Shown here piece after piece: positions 1 through 9,444 of a stretch of DNA of 64,000 nt. Each line of letters begins with the position of its first letter. Position 1 is the stretch's first letter. Position numbers and translations under genes: made by a program. Source of the DNA: Candidatus Babeliales bacterium (GTDB taxonomy: Bacteria; Babelota; Babeliae; Babelales; JACPOV01); contig JBFWNW010000001.1 of NCBI GenBank assembly GCA_050250855.1, positions 376,279 through 440,278 of the forward strand, read 5' to 3'. The notes under the pieces were generated by a model. That model ran no database searches. It had not been told where the DNA came from and saw only the letters and a program-made list of their open reading frames with translations.

Positions 1-348
1 CCAGGATTCAAGTTCAAGGATTTGTCCTGCCAAAAGCTGCGTTGTCATACCAAGTTGGACAAAAATAGAAAGAATAAAAATAGTTAACGTAATAAGTCCC
101 AGACCTCCAATTTGCATTAAAATAAGAACGATGAACTGTCCTAGCGGCGTAAAATTAGTAAGAGGCACCGTTTGTAATCCGGTTACGCAGGTAATTGAGG
201 TAGCCGTAAAAAGAAGATCAATTACGCTCATTGATGTGGTACGCATAGCTGGCAAGGAGAGTAAGAAAGTTCCTAAAGCAATTGCAGCAAGCATAGAAAA
301 AATTATGGTTCTTCCCGGAGAAAAATCGCTAAATTTTTTTTTTGGCAT
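1..348 (-). CDS. TrkH/KtrB-family potassium uptake membrane protein (5' part; runs off window start; not in ORF track)
   Basis: Manual translation from ATG at 348: MPKKKFSDFSPGRTIIFSMLAAIALGTFLLSLP...LFTATSITCVTGL...LILMQIGGLGLIT, typical TrkH/KtrB pore-loop motifs. Confidence 0.88.
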   Translation of the reverse strand, partial: MPKKKFSDFSPGRTIIFSMLAAIALGTFLLSLPAMRTTSMSVIDLLFTATSITCVTGLQTVPLTNFTPLGQFIVLILMQIGGLGLITLTIFILSIFVQLGMTTQLLAGQILELESW

Positions 349-366
349 AGTGCCATATTCCTTTAT

Positions 367-963
367 TTAGGGATTACCGGAGCTCATTTTTATAAGCCAA
401 ACACCACCAAAAACTAAACACATAAATAAGATTACAAGGAGGTTGAAGTAGCGGTCAATATATTCCTTAATTTGATTTCCCCATACGCTTATTATTCCCG
501 CAAGTAAAAAGAATCGCGCGCCGCGTGCAATCAGCGAATAGAAGATAAAAGGAGCAAGAGGGAGTTTACAAAAACCGGCACCGATTGTTACTGCTTTATA
601 AGGAACGGGTGTAAAACCAGCAATAAGTACTGCGGCCGTTTCATAATGCGTAAACCATTGCACTGCTTTTGCAAACGTACTGGGTGAAATTATGTAGGTA
701 ACAATAAGATTGCCAATTGTTTGCCACAGGGCAAAACCGATCAAGTAGCCAAATACGCCACCAATTACTGAAGCGAGTGTTGCAATGGTAGCATAATAAA
801 AACTGCGCGAGCGATGCTCAAGGCAGTACAAAATAAGCAACGGATCTACGGGAATAAAAAATACCGTAGCTTCAATAAAAAACATGGCAACAAGCACCGC
901 AGATGCATACGTTGAGTGCACCTGCTTGCCCATCCAATCGTACCAACTTTTAACAGCATTCAT
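367..963 (-). CDS. YqaA/DedA (VTT domain) membrane protein
   Basis: FIEATVFFIPVDPLL, ASVIGGVFGY, AGFTPVPYKAVTIGAG, ARGARFF motifs. Confidence 0.85.
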   Translation of the reverse strand: MNAVKSWYDWMGKQVHSTYASAVLVAMFFIEATVFFIPVDPLLILYCLEHRSRSFYYATIATLASVIGGVFGYLIGFALWQTIGNLIVTYIISPSTFAKAVQWFTHYETAAVLIAGFTPVPYKAVTIGAGFCKLPLAPFIFYSLIARGARFFLLAGIISVWGNQIKEYIDRYFNLLVILFMCLVFGGVWLIKMSSGNP

Positions 964-975
964 TACTGTTCTCCT

Positions 976-2286
976 TTATTGTAAAAGATTTTCTATATAA
1001 GCTTCAACTTGATCGATCGCTATTCTTTTTTGCTCCATAGTATCGCGATCTCGTACGGTTACCATGTTATCTGTTTCACTCTCAAAATCATACGTAAAGC
1101 AGACAGGAGTACCAATTTCATCTTGTCTGCGGTAACGTTTACCAATTGAACCTGCATCATCAAAAATAACAGAATATCCCTTTTTTTTGAGCGCAGAAAA
1201 GAGCGCATACATAGGATCGTTCAGTTTTTTGACAAGCGGCAAGAACGCTGCTTTTATGGGTGCAATGCGCGGATTCAAATGCAGCACGGTGCGTAGCTCA
1301 CCATCAACCATCTGTTCTTCATATGCATCAAAAAGTATAGTTAAAAAAAGGCGATCAACACCAACCGATGATTCTATAACGGTAGGAATATACGATTCTT
1401 TTGTTTCTTCATCAAAGAAACTTAACTCTTTACCTGAGTGTTTGCTGTGTGCAGAAAGATCAAAATCTGTTCGGTTAGCAACACCCTCAAGCTCTTTCCA
1501 GCCAAACGGGAACTGATACTCTATATCATTTGTTGCTTGTGCGTAATGTGCTAATTCACTTTTATCATATGCTCGAATGCGCAAGTTTTCTGGTTTTATA
1601 CCAATGGATACGTGGTAAGCAAGTTGCTTTTCACTCCAAAATTCAAAAAACTTTTCAGCATCTTCTTTTTTGCAGAACCACTCAAGTTCCATTTGCTCAA
1701 ATTCGCGCATACGAAACAAGAACTGTTTTGGATTAATTTCATTGCGGAATGCTTTGCCAATCTGTGCAATACCAAAAGGCATTTTTACACGGTTGGTAGC
1801 AATAACATTTTTAAAGTTAACAAAGATTGACTGCGCTGTTTCTGGGCGTAAATACCCTTGTGCAGCATGAGCTTCAGAGGCACCTATTTGCGTTTTGAAC
1901 ATCATGTTGAAGGTGCGAATATCAGTCCACTCTTTTTTGCCACAATGAGGGCATGCTTTCTCCAGATTAATTTCATCGGCGCGATAGCGGTGCTTGCAGG
2001 CCATGCAATCAACCATAGGGTCATGAAAGCCATCGAGATGGCCAGATGCCTTCCAGACTGCTTCGTGTCCTAAGAGCGAACCTTCAAGCAAGAAAATGTT
2101 ATCGTTTGCCTTATAGACGGCATCAAGCCAGGTGGCACGAATATTTTGTTTAAGGAGCGTTCCTAAATGACCAAAATCGTAAATACCATTCAATCCACCA
2201 TAAATATCTGCTGCCTGGTAGACAAAGCCTTTTCTTTTACAAAGAGATATAATTTTTTCTAAAGTAACTGTTTGCGCACTATGCAT
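976..2286 (-). CDS. glyQS: Glycine--tRNA ligase, alpha2 (GRS1-type)
   Basis: YLRPETAQSIF, GIAQIGKAFRNEI, FRMREFEQME, GSIGKRYRRQDEIGTP; start placed at ATG 2286 with upstream AGAGGA (ORF track extends to 2349). Confidence 0.96.
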   Translation of the reverse strand: MHSAQTVTLEKIISLCKRKGFVYQAADIYGGLNGIYDFGHLGTLLKQNIRATWLDAVYKANDNIFLLEGSLLGHEAVWKASGHLDGFHDPMVDCMACKHRYRADEINLEKACPHCGKKEWTDIRTFNMMFKTQIGASEAHAAQGYLRPETAQSIFVNFKNVIATNRVKMPFGIAQIGKAFRNEINPKQFLFRMREFEQMELEWFCKKEDAEKFFEFWSEKQLAYHVSIGIKPENLRIRAYDKSELAHYAQATNDIEYQFPFGWKELEGVANRTDFDLSAHSKHSGKELSFFDEETKESYIPTVIESSVGVDRLFLTILFDAYEEQMVDGELRTVLHLNPRIAPIKAAFLPLVKKLNDPMYALFSALKKKGYSVIFDDAGSIGKRYRRQDEIGTPVCFTYDFESETDNMVTVRDRDTMEQKRIAIDQVEAYIENLLQ

Positions 2287-2445
2287 ACTAAATCCTCTGG
2301 TAAAAATGGTGCATAAATACAGCATAAATCTATGTTGTGTATTTTGCAAATTCAGAGAGTTTTTAGGCTGGCTTAATTTTTTTATTGTGCTACACTAAAA
2401 GGCCTAGTGTAAATAAAGGTTTATGTCATTTCAATAGTTAGGGTT

Positions 2446-4119
2446 TTGATGAAGATTTTCAAAGTAATTACCTTTTTATTGTGCTCATGTTTATTCGTGG
2501 CAGGAGGCTTTTTTACCTTCAGGCTTTTTCAGGAAGTGCAAGATCTCAAGGCACTTTTTACCGCGCAACTTAAAAGTGATTTAGAGGGAGGCCCACGTCA
2601 GGTTCAAAAAGAAATTATCATTGAGCGCATCCAGGGTGAAGGGCATGCGTGGAGTGATTTGCAAGCTAAAGTAAAAGATAACATTGTGCAGGTATTTTCC
2701 CAAGTTGCTGCTATTGATTTGTTGGAGCCGTATAAAACTCCTGCGCAAGGGCAACGAACTGGTAGTGGATTTTTTATCAGCAAAGATGGTGAAATTGTTA
2801 CCAATGCGCATGTTGTTGATCAAGCAAAATCGATATGGATTCAAATTCCTTCTTTAGGTAAACAGCAAATTGATGTTGATGTGGTGGGCGTGAGCCCTGA
2901 TCGCGACATAGCATTGCTTAAAGTGCGCAATGAGGGGATGGAGCTTATAAAAAGTGAATTAAAAGAAATTCAATGCCTTGCTTTAGGTGATTCTGATCAA
3001 GTGCATCGTGCTGATGAAATTATGACGCTTGGCTATCCACTCAGTCAACAAGGGTTAAAAAGTACCGTTGGTGTAGTAAGTGGCCGCGAATGCCATTTAA
3101 TTCAAGTTGATGCGCCTATAAATCCTGGTAATTCCGGTGGCCCGTCAGTTGACCGTTTAGGACGTGTCGTTGGTATTAATACTGCCTATATTCCTGATGC
3201 ACAAAACGTTGGCTACATTATTCCTGTCAATGAATTAAAAATTATTTTGGATGATTTACGTAAAGTTCATTTATTACGCAAACCATTTTTAGGTGTATTA
3301 TTTAATAACGCCAGCGATAGCTTAACAACCTATTTAGGTAATCCAACGCCGGGTGGGTTGTATGTTGTTGATGTATACAAAGATAGTCCATTGCATAAAT
3401 CTGGTGTGCAAAAAGGTGATATGATTTATTCTATTAACGGTCATCGTCTTGATTATTATGGTGAACTTGCATGGACAGAAGATAGAATCTCTATTATTGA
3501 TTATGTTTCGCAGTTGAAATTAGGTCAAACTATTAATTTAGTCGTCTATCGTGCTGGCAAGCGTAAAGAGTTTACGTTTACGTTTGATCAATCAGAGCTT
3601 TTACCAGTACGCAAAATTTATCCAGGTTATGAAAAAGTAGATTATGAAATTGTTGCAGGTATGGTTATTCAGCCGTTAACAATCAATCATTTGCCGTTTT
3701 TAATTAATTCATCACCAAGTTTGGCAAAATATATGGAAATGAAGTATCAGATGGAGCCTGCGTTAATTATTACCCATATTTTCCCTGATTCTCAAGCGCA
3801 ACGCTCTCGTTCATTATCGCCAGGAGCTATTTTAAAAGAGATAAATGGCCAACCAGTAAAAACATTAACTGATATGCGTGAAGCATTGTACAAAGGATTG
3901 ACATCAGAAAACTTGACGGTGCAAACAGCTGACGGCGTATTTGTGGTGTGTCCATTCAAAAAAGTGTTACTTGAAGATCAGCGTTTGGCAAAAGATTATT
4001 TCGTACCACTTTCTGATACGATGCGTGTTTTAATTGCTAAAGCCGGCTTGCAAGATACACAGCAACCAAACTTTTTGCTTGCACATAATCAGGCTCCTAA
4101 CCAAAATGCAGCTGCATAA
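2446..4119 (+). CDS. HtrA/DegP-like trypsin serine protease with PDZ domains and N-terminal membrane anchor
   Basis: GSGFFI, TNAHVV (His), DIALLK (Asp), INPGNSGGP (Ser); PDZ-like C-terminal segments. Confidence 0.92.
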   Translation: MMKIFKVITFLLCSCLFVAGGFFTFRLFQEVQDLKALFTAQLKSDLEGGPRQVQKEIIIERIQGEGHAWSDLQAKVKDNIVQVFSQVAAIDLLEPYKTPAQGQRTGSGFFISKDGEIVTNAHVVDQAKSIWIQIPSLGKQQIDVDVVGVSPDRDIALLKVRNEGMELIKSELKEIQCLALGDSDQVHRADEIMTLGYPLSQQGLKSTVGVVSGRECHLIQVDAPINPGNSGGPSVDRLGRVVGINTAYIPDAQNVGYIIPVNELKIILDDLRKVHLLRKPFLGVLFNNASDSLTTYLGNPTPGGLYVVDVYKDSPLHKSGVQKGDMIYSINGHRLDYYGELAWTEDRISIIDYVSQLKLGQTINLVVYRAGKRKEFTFTFDQSELLPVRKIYPGYEKVDYEIVAGMVIQPLTINHLPFLINSSPSLAKYMEMKYQMEPALIITHIFPDSQAQRSRSLSPGAILKEINGQPVKTLTDMREALYKGLTSENLTVQTADGVFVVCPFKKVLLEDQRLAKDYFVPLSDTMRVLIAKAGLQDTQQPNFLLAHNQAPNQNAAA

Positions 4120-4127
4120 ATAATTGT

Positions 4128-4859
4128 ATGGCAAAAAAAAGATTAGATGCATTATTGGCAGAACGTTATCCAGAGCTGAGCAAGACCTTCATTCAAAGCA
4201 TTATTATGCAAGGGAAAGTGTCTGTTGATGGCGTTAAAGTTACCAAGCCAGGAACGCAGATTGCTCCCGATGCGCGTATAGAAGCAGATTTGGAAGAACC
4301 AAAATATGTTTCACGTGCAGGATTTAAACTTGAAAAGGCATTAGAGCATTTTGGTATTGAAGTAAAAAATTACGTTGTGCTTGATGCAGGACTTTCTACC
4401 GGTGGTTTTACCGATTGTTTGTTGCAACATGGTGCTCAAAAAGTCTACGGCATTGATGTGGGTTATGGTCAAGTGCATGAAAAGATACGCCAAGATGAAC
4501 GCGTGGTGGTTATGGAGCGCACCAATTTGCGCCACCTTGAGGCATTGCCTGAACCAGTTGATTTAGTAACCTTGGATCTTTCTTTTATTTCTGTACTCAA
4601 AGTTATGGATACGGTGGTGCAGAATCTTAAGCCAGACGGTAAACTTATAGTACTAATAAAACCGCAGTTTGAAGCAGAAAAACATCAGGTCGGCAAAGGC
4701 GGCGTTATTAAAGATGCAGCGGTGCACCAAGAAGTTATTGATAAAGTGGTAGAGGGCATAAAAGCCTACGGTTTTGACCTGGTTGGCGTCCTCGATTCTC
4801 CTATAGAAGGCGCAACGGGTAATAAAGAGTTTCTTGCCTATTTTAATAAGAGCTCTTAG
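4128..4859 (+). CDS. tlyA: TlyA-family rRNA 2'-O-methyltransferase (S4 + FtsJ domains)
   Basis: KRLDALL, YVSRAGFKL, LDAGLSTGGFTDCLLQ, LIKPQFE, GNKEFL. Confidence 0.95.
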   Translation: MAKKRLDALLAERYPELSKTFIQSIIMQGKVSVDGVKVTKPGTQIAPDARIEADLEEPKYVSRAGFKLEKALEHFGIEVKNYVVLDAGLSTGGFTDCLLQHGAQKVYGIDVGYGQVHEKIRQDERVVVMERTNLRHLEALPEPVDLVTLDLSFISVLKVMDTVVQNLKPDGKLIVLIKPQFEAEKHQVGKGGVIKDAAVHQEVIDKVVEGIKAYGFDLVGVLDSPIEGATGNKEFLAYFNKSS

Positions 4860-4909
4860 AGCTTTTTTGTTGAAAAACAATTCTAGTAGATTCAAAAAAA
4901 CAATAAAAG

Positions 4910-4986
4910 GCGCCTGTAGCTCAATCGGATAGAGCGACGGACTTCGAATCCGTAGGTTGTAGGTTCGAATCCTACCGGGCGCACCA
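4910..4986 (+). tRNA. tRNA-Arg (anticodon TCG), CCA encoded
   Basis: GCGCCTG/CGGGCGC acceptor stem, D arm GCTC/GAGC, anticodon arm ACGGA-CTTCGAA-TCCGT, T loop TTCGAAT, ACCA end. Confidence 0.96.
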
Positions 4987-4988
4987 TA

Positions 4989-5039
4989 CTTCGTTTATCC
5001 GGGTCTTCCGGCTTTGGCAAACTTCGGCTGGCGCGGCCA
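4989..5039 (+). repeat. GC-rich palindromic REP-like element just after tRNA-Arg
   Basis: CTTCG...CCGG-GTCTT-CCGG...CTTCGGCTGG; resembles CCTTCG...CTTCGGCGGACAGG at 52908-52933. Confidence 0.45.
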
Positions 5040-5138
5040 TTCTTTATAGAGAACCTCAGTATCCATTGATTTTAGCCCCTAAGGTATCATAGAGTACAAA
5101 AGTAATTGGGCTATTCAAAGGATAAAAAAGGGGAATAA

Positions 5139-6404
5139 ATGAAGCCGTATTTATTGCTATTTTTGCTTGTATTGAATACTTTCACTATGCAGGCTACCGG
5201 TGATTTTCCGATCAAGATTGTTAATAAAACGAATAATGCTGCTATCAAAAATATCTACATTGTAACAAAAGGAATTAATCCTGAAACGGGTAATCAATGT
5301 TTTATTGAATTTAAAAACAATGATCACGTAGGCATTTGTGTTGATATTACAAAAGGTACAGACTCCAAAGCATTTGCGTATGATTATACCTTTTTTAAAA
5401 ACAACATTATGCATTTGCCTAACCTTACTTCTGGTAGAATCTATGTTTCAATAAATAATAAACTTACTATGCCGGTGGTTGTTGATGCAAATAATAGACT
5501 CGGCATTGCAGATCCAAGTCCTTATAACAAAACTGATCCGAATTATGATCTATTTTTTGATAAGATTGAATTTACCTATATTGGTAACAATACGTGGACC
5601 AATCCAACAGCCGTAGATTTTTTTGAGCTGCCACTGAGTATTGAACAAAATGGCCATACGTTTGGGTTGACCGAATCGCGTGAAAAAATAGTTTCTACCG
5701 TTGCTCAAGCGTTTGATGCGGCACCAAGCAAAGCGTGGCAAAAACTGATAGTAAAAAATGAACAAGGAACAGTTTTAAGAATTCTTGCTCCAGGAAGGGA
5801 TGATAATTTTTTTGATCCCAACTATCTTACCGGAGCGCCGTATAACTATGTAAATGATGTATGGGATTACTATACTAAAAATTCAATTATCATAGATTGC
5901 AGTGAGTTGCACGGCAATCAGGCGGCTCCTCAATTAAAAGATTATCAATTTGAAGGCAGGGTAAAAAATGGAATTTTTGAATTCACCAACAGAAGCAAAG
6001 ATTACACCGTTTCACTTGAAAAACCATCCTCGAACTCTTTTTTCCTTGGTGCACAAGGAGTTTTTGATGCACCGAATAATACACCAAAGGCAATTATCGT
6101 CAGAAATTTAAGTGCTGCATGGTGTGTTGGTTTATTGCCAGCAGAACATGGTGCAACATTAAATAGAACCTATTTTGATACTCATAAAAGTCAGTTTTAT
6201 ACGGATAATCCGCGCTTGTCTGCGCAAGCAAAAAATAAGGGCCCATTTTATAACTTGTATGGAAAAGCTATCCATCAGTTAAGTAAAACGGTGTATACGT
6301 GGGCTTATGATGATGTATTTGGTTATGATGGCACGAATGCTTCCACGGCAACAAAAGCGGCAACGTTGACCATAGGGGATATGGCGCACACAAAAATACC
6401 TTGA
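5139..6404 (+). CDS. Secreted glycoside hydrolase family 64 (beta-1,3-glucanase-like)
   Basis: Signal peptide; SGRIYVS, DKIEFT (catalytic Glu), NPTAVDFF (catalytic Asp), LRILAPG, NLYGKAIH..YTWAYDD. Confidence 0.8.
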   Translation: MKPYLLLFLLVLNTFTMQATGDFPIKIVNKTNNAAIKNIYIVTKGINPETGNQCFIEFKNNDHVGICVDITKGTDSKAFAYDYTFFKNNIMHLPNLTSGRIYVSINNKLTMPVVVDANNRLGIADPSPYNKTDPNYDLFFDKIEFTYIGNNTWTNPTAVDFFELPLSIEQNGHTFGLTESREKIVSTVAQAFDAAPSKAWQKLIVKNEQGTVLRILAPGRDDNFFDPNYLTGAPYNYVNDVWDYYTKNSIIIDCSELHGNQAAPQLKDYQFEGRVKNGIFEFTNRSKDYTVSLEKPSSNSFFLGAQGVFDAPNNTPKAIIVRNLSAAWCVGLLPAEHGATLNRTYFDTHKSQFYTDNPRLSAQAKNKGPFYNLYGKAIHQLSKTVYTWAYDDVFGYDGTNASTATKAATLTIGDMAHTKIP

Positions 6405-6472
6405 TTAACGTAAATTCGATCTAAGGATTTTTAATAAACATGAGCCGATCGACTTATTAAGAATTTTTTAAA

Positions 6473-6686
6473 TTCCGTTCGTGGTGAGGAGCAAACTTAT
6501 TTAGTTTGCGTCTCGAACCATACGGAATCCTAAAAAAATATATAATTTTTTAATTTTGAGTTCGAATGGTTCGAGACGTTTTTCTTCGAAAAACCCCCTT
6601 CGACAGGGCTCAGGACAGGCTCACCAGTTGCCCCGATCACCCCGAGTGCCGAGCGTTGCTCGGTGTATCGAGGGGCACGAACGGGA
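6473..6686. repeat. REPIN-like doublet with two nested inserts (6596-6619 and 6627-6677)
   Basis: Matches the reverse complement of 55373-55520 apart from two inserted palindromic segments and a diverged AT-rich spacer. Confidence 0.85.
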
Positions 6687-6735
6687 TATATAAATTTAGA
6701 TATATTTTTCTTAGGCCAAATTTACGTTTGATTAA

Positions 6736-7431
6736 TTACTTTTTCCACCAGTTAAAATTTCTTACCGAATCAAAGCATGAAGAGGTGAACTCTTTTACCG
6801 TATCAACAATTGCGTAAGGATTGTAATACCAGGTTGCAAGGCTTGCTGCAAAGCCGCAGAGAGCATAAAAATTATATTTGCTTGAAATATGTTTTATAGT
6901 TCCCCAAGGCGCTTTCCATAAGACCCCTTGTTCTAATAAGAAATCTTTATCATCAGAGAAATATTCTGGTTTTTTATCAAAGTTGTTTTTAGCATTTTTT
7001 AATGCTTCATGAAAGACTAATCCATTTGAATGGTGCGTGCTATTTATTTGATCTGCAATAAGTTCATAGTTAATACCCTCTATGGTGATCTTGAGGGTAT
7101 CGCCTTCTTTAAGATCTTTTAAATAGCTATAAGGAAGATAAGTTGGAAAAAATACTTCTTTATTTTTAAGAATGTTGTTAGGATTGCTTGAAAAGCGACT
7201 GTTTTCTTCATTCCATGCCCATACTTCTTGAATCATGTGATGTGGTTGAATGGTTTTATCATTTAAAAAGGTTCTAAGGTCTTTTTCGCTCAGAAGATCA
7301 GTTTTGCACTTGCCAGCGTAAAGAGAGTGTTGCGAGGCAACACATATTTTTCCTTTGACCGTGTTATTTTGCATTGCGTGCATTGAATAGGCGCCTAAAA
7401 GTATGAACGTAATAGTTAATAGTTTTTTCAT
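6736..7431 (-). CDS. Exported paralog-family protein with C-terminal TM + WYYNPY...WWKK tail
   Basis: MKKLL leader; LPYSYLKDLKEGD domain; conserved tail. Confidence 0.8.
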   Translation of the reverse strand: MKKLLTITFILLGAYSMHAMQNNTVKGKICVASQHSLYAGKCKTDLLSEKDLRTFLNDKTIQPHHMIQEVWAWNEENSRFSSNPNNILKNKEVFFPTYLPYSYLKDLKEGDTLKITIEGINYELIADQINSTHHSNGLVFHEALKNAKNNFDKKPEYFSDDKDFLLEQGVLWKAPWGTIKHISSKYNFYALCGFAASLATWYYNPYAIVDTVKEFTSSCFDSVRNFNWWKK

Positions 7432-7461
7432 GTTTTTCCTTTATAAGTTAGTTTTATTTAT

Positions 7462-8181
7462 TTACTTTTTCCACCAGTTAAAATTTCTGAACGAATCAAA
7501 GCAAGAGTAGGTGAACTCTTTTACCGTATCAACAATTGCGTAAGGATTGTAATACCACGTTGCAAGGCCAAGCCCTGAAAGAGCAAATAATCCAAATGCT
7601 GCATACAAAGAGCTTTGTTTTAGGATTGGTTTACGAACGCCGTTTGGCCCATGTCCGTGGAATTGTATGTTATTTATTTTTTCTGTAGGTACAATAATCT
7701 TTTTTTCTAATAAAAGCTTTCGATCATGAGAGAAAAAGTTAGGAGCTTCGTAAAACTTTATCATACTAGCATTATGAGCTTCTTGGAATAAATTATGCGG
7801 TTTATTTCTGGGAAATTCTTTTTGATTAGCGGTAAGTTGGTACGGGGTGCCTGCAATAGTCAAAGAGATTTTTTCACCTTCTTTAAGTCCTTTTAAATAG
7901 TTATAAGGAAGGAAGTCTGGAAAAATTAAATCACTCCATCCAAAGCGAGGATTATCTTCTGACCATGCCCATATTGGTAGCAAGATATCCTCTGGTTTAA
8001 TAGTGTTGTCTTGCAACATTTCTTGGATAGTTTGGCCTGATATTCTTATTTGACCACTACCAGCATAATATGGTGTTGCTGATGTAATGGCAATGTTTCC
8101 TACTATTACAGGGTTTTCTTTTTTCATTGCATGTACAAAGCATGTGCTGAAAGCGAATATTGTAAATAATAGTTTTTTCAT
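7462..8181 (-). CDS. Exported paralog-family protein with WYYNPY...WWKK tail
   Basis: MKKLL leader (ATG 8181, GGAGG upstream); LPYNYLKGLKEGE; conserved tail. Confidence 0.8.
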   Translation of the reverse strand: MKKLLFTIFAFSTCFVHAMKKENPVIVGNIAITSATPYYAGSGQIRISGQTIQEMLQDNTIKPEDILLPIWAWSEDNPRFGWSDLIFPDFLPYNYLKGLKEGEKISLTIAGTPYQLTANQKEFPRNKPHNLFQEAHNASMIKFYEAPNFFSHDRKLLLEKKIIVPTEKINNIQFHGHGPNGVRKPILKQSSLYAAFGLFALSGLGLATWYYNPYAIVDTVKEFTYSCFDSFRNFNWWKK

Positions 8182-8204
8182 AATATCCTCCAAAGATTAC
8201 TTAT

Positions 8205-8963
8205 TTATTTCTTCCACCAGCTAAAATTTCTGAACGAATCAAGCCATGAATAGGTGAACTCTTTTGCCGTATCAACGATTGCGTAAGGATTGTAATACCA
8301 GGTTGCAAGGCCGCTAAGAGCAAGAAAACCAACAGTTGTATAAAGATTTACAAATCTAAAGAGACTTTTATTAATTTTTTGGTTCTGGCTAACGTGTAAT
8401 CTCTTTAAAGTTTCATTGCTAAGAGAAGAAGAGTGTTTTGTTTTTAATGGTGGATTCTCAATAGTTGCATAAGTAAGAATTCCATTATTACCAATTTTTT
8501 CTAGGATTTCAGCTGGGATAGGGTTTCTTTGTTTTGCTTGATTATGTTTAAGCGCTTCTTTATAAGTATAAATATTGTCTTCAGTAGCTATGTTGCAGAT
8601 ATTATACCCTTGTTGCCTTTCTTGCAAAGTATAGCGATGAACCTCATTTTCAAGCTCAATTTGAATAGATATTTTGCCACCATTTTTTAGTTGCTGTAGT
8701 TGTGAAGTATGTAAAAAAGCTGGCAAGTTGTTTGGATTATTATCAAAATTTATGGGGCTTTTAATATTATCTTGCCAGATATATATTTTTTCAAGGCTAT
8801 CATAACCAGAAGCTTCATCGACTAATGCAAAATTAAAAGTCCCCTTATTAATTACTCGTTTTGTATTATGTGTATCTTTAAAGTTTGTATTTGAACGCCT
8901 TTTATCCATAGCAAAAGAGTTGCCTAAGCTTACCAGGGTAAGTATTAAAAATAGTTTTTTCAT
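8205..8963 (-). CDS. Exported paralog-family protein with WYYNPY...WWKK tail
   Basis: MKKLF leader; divergent LPAFL..QLKNGG domain; conserved tail. Confidence 0.8.
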   Translation of the reverse strand: MKKLFLILTLVSLGNSFAMDKRRSNTNFKDTHNTKRVINKGTFNFALVDEASGYDSLEKIYIWQDNIKSPINFDNNPNNLPAFLHTSQLQQLKNGGKISIQIELENEVHRYTLQERQQGYNICNIATEDNIYTYKEALKHNQAKQRNPIPAEILEKIGNNGILTYATIENPPLKTKHSSSLSNETLKRLHVSQNQKINKSLFRFVNLYTTVGFLALSGLATWYYNPYAIVDTAKEFTYSWLDSFRNFSWWKK

Positions 8964-8988
8964 GTTTTTCCTTTATTCTGTTAATCAG

Positions 8989-9432
8989 TTATTTATACTG
9001 CATTTTGTTTATATTAGTTTTCTCTTTTTGCGTAAAACTATTTTTTATAGCATCGCGGTATTTGATCTCTTGAAGTGCTTGTTCAAAACTTCTTTCTTTT
9101 TCTGTATGCGCTGTATCGAAAGCATATTGCTGAGCTTTTAGGCTATACGCTGTATTATCAACGGTTACTGCTAAGCTGTTGCCTTCTTTCATCTCTTCAA
9201 GCTGTTCAAAGGGAAGATAGCGAAAAGTATTATTATACAGAGAAAACATTTGTTTTACATTATTTCCTTGCCATATATGCATAAAAGCAAACTTTTTATT
9301 ATGTTCATTTTCTATAAGGTTGGTTCCATTAAGAGCAATATTAAGCTCTATTGGATGATTCATTGTTTTTTTTTCTTCCATGCCGTGCAGTACGCTTGCG
9401 CTGAGAGCTATGAGTAGTAATAGTTTTTTCAT
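8989..9432 (-). CDS. Exported paralog-family protein lacking the C-terminal tail (possibly truncated)
   Basis: MKKLL leader; YLPFEQLEEMKEGN domain; stops before any TM or tail. Confidence 0.65.
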   Translation of the reverse strand: MKKLLLLIALSASVLHGMEEKKTMNHPIELNIALNGTNLIENEHNKKFAFMHIWQGNNVKQMFSLYNNTFRYLPFEQLEEMKEGNSLAVTVDNTAYSLKAQQYAFDTAHTEKERSFEQALQEIKYRDAIKNSFTQKEKTNINKMQYK

Positions 9433-9444
9433 GATTTTCTCCAT

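Noticed and set aside
131..370. 79-aa plus-strand ORF
   Set aside because: Antisense shadow of the TrkH-family gene; the other short ORFs nested in long genes were dismissed likewise
6566..6817. 83-aa ORF
   Set aside because: Translation of nested REP elements (PFDRAQDRL) that overlaps a real gene on the opposite strand
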